Shown here: positions 22,196 to 35,059 of the stretch, piece after piece
How the letters are laid out: each line of letters opens with the position of its first letter
Position numbering within the stretch: position 1 is the stretch's first letter
Source of the DNA: Okamejei kenojei
Taxonomy: Eukaryota
Assembly (NCBI GenBank): GCA_035221665.1
Contig: CM069141.1
Span: 47,244,001-47,308,000 of the forward strand
DNA: 64,000 bases
Direction: 5' to 3'
Notes under the pieces: generated by a model
Told to the model about the DNA's origin: nothing
Database searches by the model: none
What the model saw: only the letters and a program-made list of their open reading frames with translations
Position numbers and translations under genes: made by a program

Positions 22196-25100
22196 GAAAC
22201 ATAGAAACATAGAAATTAGGTGCAGGAGCAGGCCATTCGGCCCTTCGAGCCTGCAGCGCCATTCAATATGATCATGGCTGATCGTACAACTCAGTATCCT
22301 GTGCCTGCCTTCTCTCCATACCCCCTGATCCCTTCAGCCACAAGGGCCACATCCAACTCCCTCTTAAATATGGCCAACGAACTGGCCTCAACTACCTTCT
22401 GTGGCAGAGAATTCCACAGATTCACCACTCTCTGTGTGAAAAAACGATTTTCCCATCTCGGTCCTAAAAGACTCCCCCCTTATCCTTAAACTGTGACCCC
22501 TTGTCCTGCACTTCCCCAACATCGGGAACAATCTTCCTGCATCTAGCCTGTCCAACCCCTTAAGAATTTTGTAAGTCTCTATGAGATCCCCCCTCAATCT
22601 TCTAAATTCGAGCGAGTACGAGCCGAGTCTATCCAATCTTTCTTCATATGGAAGTCGTGCCATCCCAGGAATCAGTCTGGTGAACCTTCTCTGTACTCCC
22701 TCTATGGCAAGAATGTCTTTCCTCAGATTAGGAGACCAAAACTGTACGCAATACTCCAGGTGTGGCCTCACCAAGACCCTGTACAACTGCAGTAGAACCT
22801 CCCTGCTCTTGTACTCAAATCCTTTTGCTACGAATGCCAACATACCATTCGCTTTCTTCACAGCCTGCTGCACATGCATGTGTACTTTCAATGACTGGTG
22901 TACCATGACACCCAGGTCTCGTTGCATCTCCCCTTTTCCTAATCGGTCACCATTCAAATAATAGTCTACTTTCCTGTTTTTGCCACCAAAGTGGATAACC
23001 TAACATTTATCCACATTATACTGCATCTGCCATGCATTTTCCCACTCACCCAGTCTATCCACGTCATCCTGCAGCCTCCTAGCATCCTCCTCACAGCTAA
23101 CACTGCCCCCCAGCTTCGTGTCATCCGCAAACTTCGAGATGTTGCATTTAATTCCCTCGTCCAAATCTTTAATATATATTGTAAATAGCTGGGGTCCCAG
23201 CTCTGAGCCTTGCGGCACCCCACTAGTCACTGCCTGCCATCCTGAAAAGGACCCGTTCACTCCTACTCCTTGCTTCCTGTCTGCAGCCAGTTCTCTATCC
23301 ACATCAATACTGAACCACCAATACCGTGTGCATTAAGTTTGTATACCAATCTCTTGTGTGGGACTTTGTCGAAAGCCTTCTGAAAGTCCAGATATAACAC
23401 ATCCACTGCTTCTCCCTTATCCACTCTACTAGTTACATCCTCAACAAAATCAATAAGATTCGTCAGACATGATTTACCTTGGATCGTAAATCCATGCTGA
23501 CTTTGTCCAATGATTTCACCACTTTCCAAATGCACTGCTATCCCATCTTTAATAACTGACTCTAGCAGTTTCCCCACTACCGATGTTAGACTAACTGGTC
23601 TGTAATTCCCCGTTTTCTCTCTCCCTCCCTTTTTAAAAAGTGGAGTTACATTAGCTACCCTCCAATCCTCAGGAACTACTCCAGAATCTAAAGAGTTTTG
23701 AAAAATTATCACTAATGCATCTGCTATTTCTGGGGCTACTTGCTTAAGTACCCTGGGATGCAGCCTATCTGGCCTGGGGATTTATCGGCCTTTAATCCAT
23801 TCAATTTACCTAACACCACTTTCTGGCTAACCTGGATTTCATTCAGTTCCTCCATCTCATTTGACCCGCGATCCCCTGCTATTTCTGGCAAATTATTTAT
23901 GTCTTCCTTAGTGAAGACAGAACCAAAGTAGGTATTCAATTGGTCCGCCATGTCCTTGTTCCCCATGATCACCCGTTTCTGACTGCAAGGGACCTACATT
24001 TGTTTTAACTAATCTTTTTCGCTTCACATAATGATAAAAACTTTTGCAGTCAGTTTTTATGTTTCCTGCCAGTTTTCTTTCATAATCCATTTTCCCTTTC
24101 CTAATTAAGCCCTTTGTCCTCCTCTGTTGGTCTCTGAATTTCTCTCAGTCCCCTGGTAGGTTGCTTTTTCTGGCTAATTTGTATGCTTCTTGTTTTGCTT
24201 TGATACTATCCCTGATTTCCCTTGTTATCCACAGATGCGCTACATTCCCTGATTTATTATTTTGCCATACTGGGATGAACAATTGTTGTAGTTCATCCAT
24301 GCAGTCTTTAAATGCCTTCCGTTGCATGTCCACCGTCAACCCTTCAAGAATCAATTGCCAGTCCATCTTGGCCAATTCACGTCTCATACTCTCAAAGTTA
24401 CCTTTCTTTAAGTTCAGGACCAGTGTTTCTGAATTAACAATGTCACTCTCCATCCTAATGAAGAACTCAACCATATTATGGTCACTCTTGCCCAAGGGGC
24501 CACGTACAACAAGGCTGCTAACTAACCCTTCCTCATTACTCAATATCCAATCTAGAATAGCCTGCTCTCTCGTTGGTTCCTCTACATGTTGGTTTAGAAA
24601 ACTATCCCGCATACATTCCAAGAAATCCTCTTCCTCAGCATCCCTGCCAATTTGATTCATCCAATCTATATGTAGATTGAAGTCACCCATTATAACGGTT
24701 TTACCTTCATTGCACGCATTTCTAATTTCCTGTTTGATGCCATCCCCAACTCCACTACTACTGTTAGGTGGCCTATACACAACACCCACGAGCGTTTTCT
24801 GCCCCTTAGTGTTTCGCAGCTCCACCTATATCGATTCCACATCCTCCAAGCTAATGTCCTTCCTTTCTATTGCGTTAATCTCCTCTCTAACCAGCAACAC
24901 TACCCACCTCCTTTTCCTCTCTGTCTATCCCTCCTGAATATTGAATATCCCTGGATGTTCAGCTCCCAGTCTTAGTCACCCTGGAGGCATGTCTCCGTGA
25001 TCCCAAATATATCATAATTATTAATAGCTATCTGCACATTCAACTCATCCACCTTATTACGAATGCTCCTCGCATTGACACACAAAGCCTTCAGGCTTGT

Positions 25101-25230
25101 TTTTACAACGCTCTTGCCCCTTTTACAATTATGTTGAAAACTGGCCCTTTTTGATTTTTGCCTTGGATTTGTCTGTCTGCCACCTTTCACCTTGCTACCT
25201 ATTGCTCCTATCCTCATTTTACACCCCTCT
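22196..25230 (-). mobile_element. CR1 LINE with near-complete ORF2 (APE + RT), frameshifted, nested in the Penelope element
   Basis: CVNARSIRNK, VYRPPNS, MGDFN, SDHN, YLDFQKAFDKVPH, GVPQGSELGP, KFADDTKL, and a (tttctatg)n tail at 22196. Confidence 0.96.
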
Positions 25231-25785
25231 GTCTCCTTGTTGCGAGTTGGGGGAGGGGGAGCAAGAGTGGAGCTACGCAGTATCGAGGAGACACAAGTGA
25301 GAGCCTCATCTATAATGGAAGAGGGGAACCTCCATTTCCTAAAGAATGAGGACATCTCCGATAATCTAGTAAGGAAAACATCATCCTGGGTGCAGATGTG
25401 ACGTAGACAGATGAACTGAGACTATGGGATAGAGTCTTTACAGGAATCAGGCTTGGAAGAAGTGTATTCTAGATGGCAATGGGAGTCAGTAGGTTTGTAG
25501 TAGATGTCGGTGAATAGTCTGTCTCGTGTGATGGCGACGGTGAGATCCAGGAACGGTAGGAAGATGTCGAAGATGGTCCAAGTGAATTTGAGTGCAGGAT
25601 GGAAATTAGTCGTGAAGTTGATGAAGACAGTGAGTTCTGCATGGGTGCAGCAGGCAGCACCGATGCAGTCGTCAATGTAGCGGAAGTAGAGTTCGGGGAT
25701 AGGGCCAGTGTAGCCTGGAACAGTGATTGTTCGTCGTACCCTTGGAAGAGCCAGGCAAAGCGAGGGCCCATAGTTACGCCTTGGA
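25231..25785 (-). mobile_element. Penelope-like retroelement, RT part (5' piece)
   Basis: GVTMGPRFAWLFQGY, RYIDDCIG, FLDLTV, DSIPYSQF and SSTLAPPPPTRNK, continuing into DRVPLVLT at 22195. Confidence 0.85.
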
Positions 25786-27459
25786 TCATGAAGATCATGG
25801 AGTTAATTTGACGAATTCGAAAGTGACAGACAATTTTGGAATAAGATACTTACCTGGGATATGAATAGATCACTTAACCTCTGCAGCGTTGATACACCTT
25901 GTATTTAATCGTGGTGATTGTTAGCATATTATTGAAAATTAATAGCCAAACTAAAGTGCTGAAGATAACCCGCGAGTCAGGCACCATCTATGGTGGGAAA
26001 AGACTCAACTTCAGACGGAAGGATTCCGACCCGAAGTGCCGTCTGACTATTTCCCCCGCATAAACAGCCTCACAGGTTCCTCCAGCGCAATCCAACATCT
26101 GCAGTTCCTGGCTCCTCGACTCACAGTTGATAACTGTATCAGAGATTTGTGTGTGTGGATGGGCTGTGGCAATGGGTGACTAATTTGCAACTGAAACCGA
26201 AGCTGAAGACCTGAAAGCCCAGCCCAGGCCCCAGAAGAAGTAGTAAAAATCTGGTTTCCATGTGCTGTATTTGGTAAGTATTGAAAGATGTTGTCGCTCG
26301 CGCGAGGAGTTAGCTGGTCCTCTCATCTGCTGATTCCGGAACATTTAATGTACCATAAAATAAAATGCGATAGCCATGAGCGACTCTGGTTAATCTAGAT
26401 AATTTAGCTAATAATTCAGTGAGCTGAGTTAAAATCGCACTTTAAAACGATACTTTACTCCCTGCAAATAATGTGGAAATTGTATCTTTAGTGATTACGA
26501 TTACAAACATATCACAGGGATATAAAATATAATTCGGGTAAGGAAATTTGCCACCAAATAACCAGGAGCCAGAACAAATAATAGTCTGACCCTCTAAGAC
26601 TGTGGTAATCGTTATGTCACCATCATTTGCTTTCCATGCGACATGGTAGGTACGTCGAACCAATAATCGTGTACCTCCTCGCCCGATTAACAACATCGTA
26701 GCCTGTGAATTACTACAGCAATACAGTAGAAGAAAATCCAGATTCTGTTTAGTTGTTCTGGCTCCTAGTTAGATGTTGAAGGGCGCACTTCTTCTCCGTT
26801 ATGATTGTGTCTCCATTGAAGCCATGGGTGCTCTGTTCGAAAACGTCTTGTGAATTTACAGATTTTTAGGATTTATCTTTGAATACCATAGCCCAATAAT
26901 GAGCAGACATGTGTATTAATGTTTGAGAAACTGGTGTCAGCATTCAATCCATTTAAGTTTGTAATGAGAGCAAATATATCATGGATAATAACAGAATAGA
27001 TCTTTAGATCAGAGCAACCAATTGCTTACCCCTGGTCAACTCTGCCTATCAGCCGCATGGTGGCGCGGCAGTTGCTGTTTAGGAAGGTACGGTAGATGCT
27101 GGTTTAAACCGAAGATAGACACAAAAGCTGGAGCAACTCAACGGGTCGTGCAGCATCTTTGGAGAAAAGGAAGAGGTGACGTTTCGGGTCGAGAACCTTC
27201 TTCAGACTGTTAATGTTGTTGCCTCACGGCTTCAAGGAACCTTGTTACATTGTGACCTCCAGTGCTGTCCGCAAGGTGTTTGGAAATTCTCTCCGTGAAG
27301 ATGTCCTCCAGATACCCAAAAAGTGTCCGTCTGAGTTAAGTCAATTTTAGCTACCTAACATTGCAGTTTAATGCAGCACAAATATTCAAGTAGGAGCTGA
27401 TTGACATATGTGAGAGCGAATAAATTGCAGAGATACGGGATATCATGGAATTAGGAAGG

Positions 27460-27635
27460 AAACATAGAAACATAGAAATTAGGTGCAGGAGTAGGCCATT
27501 CAGCCCTTCGAGCCTGCACCGCCATTCAATATGATCATGGCTGATCATCCAACTCAGTATCCCGTACCTGCCTTCTCTCCATACCCTCTGATCCCCTTAG
27601 CCACAAGGGCCACATCCAACTCACTCTTAAATATA
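27460..27635 (-). mobile_element. Young CR1 3' tail
   Basis: aaacatagaaacatagaaattaggtgcagg..., nearly identical to 22196-22370. Confidence 0.88.
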
Positions 27636-27838
27636 AGAAATAAGGAAGCGTGACTGATAAAAATGTTCCCCCTCTCCACGAATTCCTTCATCACCAAAAG
27701 CCAGTAAGGGCCAAATATTATAAAGATAAGACACAGAACTGTATTTTTAAGTGAAACAACTCAAGGGAAATTGCTAGAAGTTCCATAATTCCCCCAAAAT
27801 GCCATAGAAAAATCAGAATTTGTAGAGGGAAGACTCGC

Positions 27839-27876
27839 TCTATACTTATAAAACTCTGATCTTGGATGTGTGTGTA

Positions 27877-27921
<45 letters not shown>

Positions 27922-29123
27922 TGTTCCTGTGCGTTTCACATTTCCTCGAAAACACGACGCGCTAACTGTGACATTTTTTGCATATTCCGATAGAGATTTA
28001 TGCCATGATGTCAAAATTGCCTTATCTGAAAATGGCATGCATTATTTCTCGAGTTATTTATGAAAATGTTCACAAATCTCAAATAATTTAGAAAACAAAC
28101 GAGATGGTCTCGCTGATGACGTCACCATGGATCTGACTGCCTGCCTCGCTCGCGAGTGATGTCACCCCGTTCTGTTTTCTGTACTTCTTGGCTTCTTAAC
28201 TTTCACCTCTTTAAATTCGTCACTTAGGGGTTTTAAACTACTACTCAGGTCGTGCTGCGCGCTCCGCTGGGCTCCTTGCAGTTCTAGAACATGGCTGCGG
28301 GCGCGGGGGGCAGGTGGCCGTGGCGGCCATTACTCCCTCTGGGAGAGACCCTCTACGGAGATCTGCGATTCCTCCGTCGATCGCAGGGACTCGGGGAATC
28401 GTGACCCCTTTTCCTCGCTGGTGATCCTGATCCCACCTGGCGATCTCTGGCTGTGACGGGGGACGACCTCCTCTCCGTCTCCACCACCCGGTCGTCTGTC
28501 ACACGGGTGGGTGGGCTTCCCCTCGCGCAAGCAACGATCGGCCGGCCCTCCGCTGCTTTTAACCATCCTCAGATCGCGCCCGCCATCGGCCTCCCTCGCC
28601 GTCCGCTCACCCGCAGCCCGCTCGTTCGCAACAGGCTCGCCCGCAGTCCGCTCGCGCGCCCGGTTTACCTCCTCCTCTCCCCTCCTCCTCTCCTCCTCTC
28701 CCCTCTCCGTCCCTCCCCCTCCTCCTCTCCCCTCCTCTCCCTCCTCTCCTCCCGCTCTCCCCTCTCCTCCCCCCCCCCCCTCTCCCTCCTCCTTTCTAAC
28801 CCCCTCCTCTCTCCCCCTCCTCTCTCCCCCTCTCTCCCCTCTACCGCCCTCTCTCCCCCTCTCCCCCCTCCTCGCTCTCTCCCTCTCTCCCCCTCCTCTC
28901 TCTCCCCCTTCCCCCCTCTATCCCCCCTCTATCCCCCCTCTCTCCCCCTCTCTCCCCTTCCTCTCTCCCCTCCCCCCTCTGCCCCCCCCCCCCCTCACCC
29001 TCCCTCCCCAGTGTATGTAGGGATGGTTAGTGTGTGTGTGACGCCGCAGGCCGCCTCCTGTCCCCCTCCCCCCCTCAACCGCGCGTTGAGGGGACGGGAC
29101 CCAACAGGTTCCACTTGGTCTAG
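27839..29123 (+). mobile_element. Probable non-autonomous Helitron
   Basis: 5' TCTATACTTATAAAACTCTG followed by (TG)n. The 3' end has an imperfect hairpin gggacccaacaggttcc then CTAG (29120-29123). The interior is GC-rich with a C/T low-complexity tract. Confidence 0.6.
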
Positions 29124-29139
29124 AATCTATTAAATGGGC

Positions 29140-29880
29140 AGAATATCGAGTGATAGAATCATTCAATTCCGCAGCACTGAAACAATTCGTTTGTTCCAAC
29201 TCATCCATATCGACCAAGTTGCACAACAAGTAATCGCACTTGCCTGCACCATGCACTTAATCCTACAAAATGTTTATGTCCTAGTTTTTTCATTGTGTCC
29301 ACCATACAATTTCCCCTGGCAGCTAGTTCCAGCTGCACACCAAACGCTATAAGAACAATGCCTCTCGTATCCCTTTTAAATCTTTCGCTTCTCATCTTAA
29401 TCTAATCCCCTTAAAATTTATATTCCCCTACTCCAGGGAAAATCCGGTGGCTATTCACCTTACCTATGCCCATGGTAATTTTCCAGGCTTCTTTCCGTTT
29501 TCTTTCAATCCCCTAAACTCCATGTAAAAAAATCCAACCTATCCAGCCTCTCCTTACAATTCAAATATTCCAGTTTCCTTCAGATTTACTGACATCCATC
29601 TTATTGCAGGGCGACCAGAACAGTATTCCAATCTCTTGCATAGCTGTAACAGGACGTCCAAATACTTGTCCTCAGTACAGATACAGGCAAGTGTGTCAAA
29701 CACTTTATTTACGACCCTTTTAGCATATATTTCCACTTTCATGGAACTATATACTTGCATACCTAGATCTCTCTGTGCTGCAGCGCTCCACGTGCCTCCA
29801 CCATTTCCTCTGTAAATAACGTACAAATAATTGCCTGATCAAAATGCAACATCTCATAATCATCTGCATTACACTGCATT
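29140..29880 (-). mobile_element. Old degenerate CR1 fragment
   Basis: Minus-strand QRDLGMQVYSSMKV...LDVLLQLCKRLEYC remnants. Confidence 0.7.
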
Positions 29881-30889
29881 CGACCATTTTGTACTTTTTC
29901 TAGACGAGGGAAACACGTTTAACCTACGTCCTTCGTTACAACCATGACCATCCTAAAATATTCCATTAATTATAATACCTGCTGCAGTGTCCTGAATGTC
30001 ACGATAGCCACATAACTTCCTTAACGTTTCCTCGATTTAAATGGTGAATCACAAATCTTTATCTACTGGGCCTGCGGCATCGTATCTTAGGAGTTCGTAT
30101 ATTCAGAACAGTGTTTATATAGAGTAAATTGCTATGTATTGGTTTTTATTTAGTTATACGTCAGTTCGCAGTGGCTAGAAATTTGAACTTGGCCAGCAGT
30201 CAATACTACTTTATATGTTGGATTGCAACACGAGTATATGCTTCGCTGGACGTTAATAAAAATAGACATTGTTCCAAGACATTCATCTGAATGGTTGCCT
30301 GGATGACATATTTTAATCCAATATTGAGTTGAAGGTGTATCATAACCAAAGCATATCATTTTTGCTGTGTTACCATCACGATTTTGAATTGTACTCTCTA
30401 CGGTTAATACACGTGTTAAAAGCGGGAACAATGGCACAACCACACATGCCCCCGCATGCCCGTACGATTCTATTATCTCGGACTGTGGTCGACTTTCAGA
30501 GCATCGTTCAAGGGGGTAAATCCACATGACGAGCCCGCTCGGACGATTTACTGGCCGAGTTCTAGAGAATTGACCAATTGGTTGTAGTATTCTAAGATAT
30601 CTTCAGCCTCTAGCTTTTGCCGCCTGAGGTCCTAGCTGTGTCGAAAGGGCATCTATCATACCGGTTTCCAAGACACCAGAAGTGGCTAAAGAGGGGCCCT
30701 GATCTGAATCAACACATATCCCTTTCTCCGGGGATTCTACCTGACCCGCTGAGTTACTCCAGCACTTGGTGCCCTTTTGTATAGACACCATCTGCAGTTC
30801 TTTTTTTTTCTACCATGTGAAATCTTACTGGCTTTCCATTCTATATTGTCTATCTGGATAACAGGAATATATACATCATGCTGTTGGCC

Positions 30890-32202
30890 ATTGACTACAG
30901 CTCGAAGTACAGCATTACCATCCCTCTCGAAATTCACCACAGTGTTCCACGATTTGCACCTCTGTACCTCCCTTTGTAACTGGATACGTGACTCCCTCAG
31001 TGCAGATATCAATTAGTGTGGGTTGATAACGCCATTATCTCCTCACTGACCATCAGCACGGGTTCAACCCAAAGCTGTGTTCTTAGCTACCCGCTTACTT
31101 TCCGTACATTCGTGAATCTGCGTTTAAACGAATATCCAGTGTCATCTATAAATTCACAGATGACATAACTGTTGGTGGCCGAATCACGGATGGCATTGCG
31201 TCAGCTTACTGGAGAGAGATAAAGCATCTGCTTAAGTGGTGCCAGAACAAAACTTATCACTCAGTTTCAACAACACCAAGGAACTAATCGGTGAGTTCAG
31301 ATAGGGGGATCAGGAGGAACATATGTAATTTTAATTGGTGGTCGGCGGGGGATATGGTTAGTATCTTGAATTTCAAGAGCGTTCACATTTCAGATGGCCT
31401 GACCTGGACCCAGCGCATGGAATAATAGGAAGGCACACCACTGCTTGAGAAAATGTCAAAACATTTAGCACATCAACAAATTCTCTAACAAACCTGCACG
31501 GGTTTGCAGTGGAAGGTATCTTGACTGATTGCAACTTCACATGGAATGACAATTCTAACACACAGTGATGCAAGAGGCTGCAGAGAGACAGGAAATGAGA
31601 TGGCTCCATCATGGGCACAGATCTGCCCACCATCGAAAGGATCCACATGAGGCACTGCCTCATAAAGGTGGAATTCGTCGTCGAGGATCCCCCTCCTATC
31701 AGAGCCGTGCTCTCTTATCGTTGCTACCATCATGCAAGAGGTGCAGAGGTCATGAAGTCTCACGCCATGGGCTTCTGGAATTGCCACTTTCCCACTGAGG
31801 GGGAGCAAGGGTTGAAGAAGGGCGTCGACCGGAGACGTCATCTATTCCTTTTGTCGTGAGATGCTGCATGACCCGCTGAGTTACCTCAGTATTGCGTATC
31901 TACTTTCCTACATACACAGGTTCTTGAACAAACTTGCACAACACTAATCCTATCTCGAGAACGGAATATCGCGGACGACCTCCCGCAGAACCATGGACTT
32001 GTTTTTGTTAATCATGAACGATTGTCATGTGCACAGCTATTTTCTACCCTCCATAATTTCTGTTTATCTTATATATAATTTGTGTGTAATTCATATTATT
32101 GTGATATTGTCGGTATCTTTGATTCCGTGATGCTGCTGCAAGTAAAATTACCATTATATCTGTACCTCTGTGTACTTGTGCAAATGACAATAAATTCGAC
32201 TT
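30890..32202 (+). mobile_element. Old Rex1/Babar-like LINE (RT 3' half)
   Basis: TSLCNWIRDSL, ISTGSTQSCVLS, KFTDDITVGG, and an aaatgacaataaa terminus just upstream of the promoter. Confidence 0.7.
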
Positions 32203-32299
32203 GTTTTGAAGATGGACCTTGCAAAATAAATTGAATGGCCAATTTGTGAAAGAAGACGCATTATGATTGTTCACTATTAAATATTCACAAGAACAGTCT

Positions 32300-32455
32300 A
32301 GCTTTAAGAAATGTCAATGTAGCTATTGAAAGAGGCTGGTTGTATCGCTGTTTACCAATCAGAATCGCAAACGCAAAGCTAGATCCATTGACCCTCCCAC
32401 ATCCCAGAAATAAAGACAAGAAGAGACGAGGAAAAACTGGCAGTGCGGTTTCAGA
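32300..32455 (+). promoter_or_regulatory. Protocadherin promoter with CSE-like motif
   Basis: tgtatcgctgtttaccaat at 32341-32359. Confidence 0.85.
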
Positions 32456-32588
32456 TTGCAGAAGCTGAGAAGGAGAAAGGTCGCCCATTTATGCATTTAG
32501 CATTGCTGGAATTATTTGATGGTAAGGCCTGTCGGAGGTATATTCGAGGAGAAGCTCGGGTTTGAATCGAGTAATTCAACGCGGAATG

Positions 32589-34973
32589 ATGGCGAATTCA
32601 GCGCTCGACAACGCCATTGCATTCAATAGGTTCGCTTTGATAATTCTGGCTTGTATAACCGGCTTGATTTTCGGACAAATTCGGTATTCTATTCCCGAAG
32701 AAATGAAGATAGGGTCTTTTGTTGGAAATATCGCTGAAGATTTGAGACTAAATGCACCGCAATTGTCGACTCGGAAATTGAGACTCACATCCGATGATGG
32801 CGGACAGTACATGAAGGTTAATTTAGAGAATGGGATTTTGTCTGTTCGTGAAAGAATCGACAGGGAGCGTCTTTGTGGACAAACAACAATGTGCATTCTA
32901 CCTTTTGAAATAATACTGGAGAACCCTTTGGTGGTGTTTCGCGGGGTAGTGGAGATTCTTGATGTAAATGACAATTCCCCTACGTTCCGAGACAGCAGCT
33001 TTGTCTTACAAATGTCCGAAGCGATTGCACCCGGTGTACGCTTTCCCCTCGAGAGCGCGGAAGATCCCGATATTGGTAAGAATACTATCGCTGCTTACAC
33101 AATCAGTTTGAATGAATATTTTACTCTTAAAGCGCAGAGAACTCCGTCCGGTGTTATAAATGCTGAGTTACAGTTAGAAAAAACACTGGACAGGGAACGG
33201 CAGGCATTCTTTCAGTTGGTCCTGACGGCGAATGATGGTGGAACACCTCCACGATCTGGCACAACGCAGATTCGTATAACCGTGGTGGACTTTAACGACA
33301 ATCCACCAGTTTTTCATCGCGAAATTTACAAGGCCAGTTTAAGAGAAGACGCACCACAAGGTACATTGGTACTGCAAGTGAAAGCAAGTGATTTGGACGA
33401 AGGTCTGAATGCTGAGCTAACCTATATTTTCAGCAGCTTAGTTCCACCAAAAGTTCTCAAATTGTTCAGTTTGGACCCCTACACCGGGGCCATTCGTGCT
33501 GAAGGAGGGCTAGATTACGAAGAAGCAAACATTTATTCGCTGAATGTTCAATCAGTGGACCACGGATCACCTTCAATGACGGGTCGCACCACAGTACTGA
33601 TTGAGTTAATTGATGTAAACGACAACGCACCCGAAATAAAAGTGACATCTGCTCCGAGCAACATTCCAGAAAATGCTCATCCAGGAACTTTGGTAACTTT
33701 GATCAATGTCATTGATCGAGATTCTGGAGAAAATGGACAGTTTCAATGTGACATTCCAAAGCACTTCCCCTTCAGACTTCGAACATCAACTAAAAATCAT
33801 TATGAGTTGATTACCAGTGAGCCGCTGGACCGTGAATCCGTCGCTGAGTATAATATACAATTTGTAGCTCGGGACTTTGGATCGCCCTCACTGTCGACAA
33901 ATAAAACCATTCAGATTGCAATATCTGATGTAAACGATAACGCCCCGCGGTTTGGTGAATTGTCCTACAACTTATATGTTATGGAGAATAACGCTCCAGA
34001 TACGTCTATTTTCACAGTAACAGCAACAGATCCTGATCTGAATCAGAACTCCTATGTTTCTTATTCTTTTCTCGAGGGACTTATTCAGAACTTTCCAGTG
34101 TCCAGTTACCTCAGCATTAACTCAATGAATGGCACAATTTACGCCCTGCGCTCCTTTGACTATGAAAACCTCAAGAACTTCCAGATCCACGTACACGCCC
34201 GTGACGCTGGTGTACCTCCGCTAAGCAGCAGCGTCACGGTGAATGTGATTATCTTAGATCAAAATGACAACGCGCCGGTAATTGTTTCACCTTCAGAACT
34301 GAGTGGATCAGCAGCAGTGGAGACTGTGCCCCTGTCAGCGGGTCAAGGGTACTTGGTCACCAAGATAATAGCAACTGATGCAGATTCCGGTCAAAACGCA
34401 CGGCTCTTTTATCAGATGGTGAAATCTACTGATCCTACATTGTTCAACGTTGGGCAGAATTCCGGTGAAATCAGAACGGCGCGCAATATTTTTCAGACCG
34501 ATACTACTGCACAAACTCTTTTATTCTTGGTTAGAGATAATGGCCTGCCAAGCCTCTCCAGTACGGCTACAATGCACGTTAGAGTTTTGGAGAACATCAC
34601 GGAAAACCTTTCTGAAAGTGATAACTTGTTGAGCAGTTCAAATCATTTCACCGACTTAAATCTTTATTTAATAATCGTTTTCGCTTGCACTTCCGCTCTT
34701 TTTCTTGCGATTATAATTCTGTTAATTGCCATTAAATGTAAACAGAACACGAGTGCTTCCCAGGAATATAATTCAAGGCGTTTTTGTTACAATAGTGGGG
34801 ATTCTCGTGATACATTTACTCGAAGATCTGAAATGGAGGAAACTTTACGGTATCCCGGGACTGGCCGGGTGGTCTGCGTGCCGGAAGCGAACCACTACTC
34901 GGTTTGCCTGTCTCCTGAATCAGCGAAGAGCGATTTTCTCTTTTTGAAGCCATGCAGCGCTCCCACGTCTTAG
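32589..34973 (+). CDS. Clustered protocadherin, intact (~794 aa)
   Basis: Six EC repeats, TM and SPESAKSDFLFLKP tail. The adjacent in-frame ATG at 32586 is an alternative start. Confidence 0.96.
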   Translation: MANSALDNAIAFNRFALIILACITGLIFGQIRYSIPEEMKIGSFVGNIAEDLRLNAPQLSTRKLRLTSDDGGQYMKVNLENGILSVRERIDRERLCGQTTMCILPFEIILENPLVVFRGVVEILDVNDNSPTFRDSSFVLQMSEAIAPGVRFPLESAEDPDIGKNTIAAYTISLNEYFTLKAQRTPSGVINAELQLEKTLDRERQAFFQLVLTANDGGTPPRSGTTQIRITVVDFNDNPPVFHREIYKASLREDAPQGTLVLQVKASDLDEGLNAELTYIFSSLVPPKVLKLFSLDPYTGAIRAEGGLDYEEANIYSLNVQSVDHGSPSMTGRTTVLIELIDVNDNAPEIKVTSAPSNIPENAHPGTLVTLINVIDRDSGENGQFQCDIPKHFPFRLRTSTKNHYELITSEPLDRESVAEYNIQFVARDFGSPSLSTNKTIQIAISDVNDNAPRFGELSYNLYVMENNAPDTSIFTVTATDPDLNQNSYVSYSFLEGLIQNFPVSSYLSINSMNGTIYALRSFDYENLKNFQIHVHARDAGVPPLSSSVTVNVIILDQNDNAPVIVSPSELSGSAAVETVPLSAGQGYLVTKIIATDADSGQNARLFYQMVKSTDPTLFNVGQNSGEIRTARNIFQTDTTAQTLLFLVRDNGLPSLSSTATMHVRVLENITENLSESDNLLSSSNHFTDLNLYLIIVFACTSALFLAIIILLIAIKCKQNTSASQEYNSRRFCYNSGDSRDTFTRRSEMEETLRYPGTGRVVCVPEANHYSVCLSPESAKSDFLFLKPCSAPTS

Positions 34974-35059
34974 GCGCAATGATGAATTGCAAGGATTTGA
35001 TAATATGGCGATTGGCGTTTCAGCGAATTCTCTTTTAGATTATTGAGATTTATCACTTT

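Noticed and set aside
28453-29133. 226-aa Pro/Ser/Leu-rich ORF, and similar ER/RG-rich ORFs at 46292 and 62706
   Set aside because: Translations of C/T or GA low-complexity tracts.
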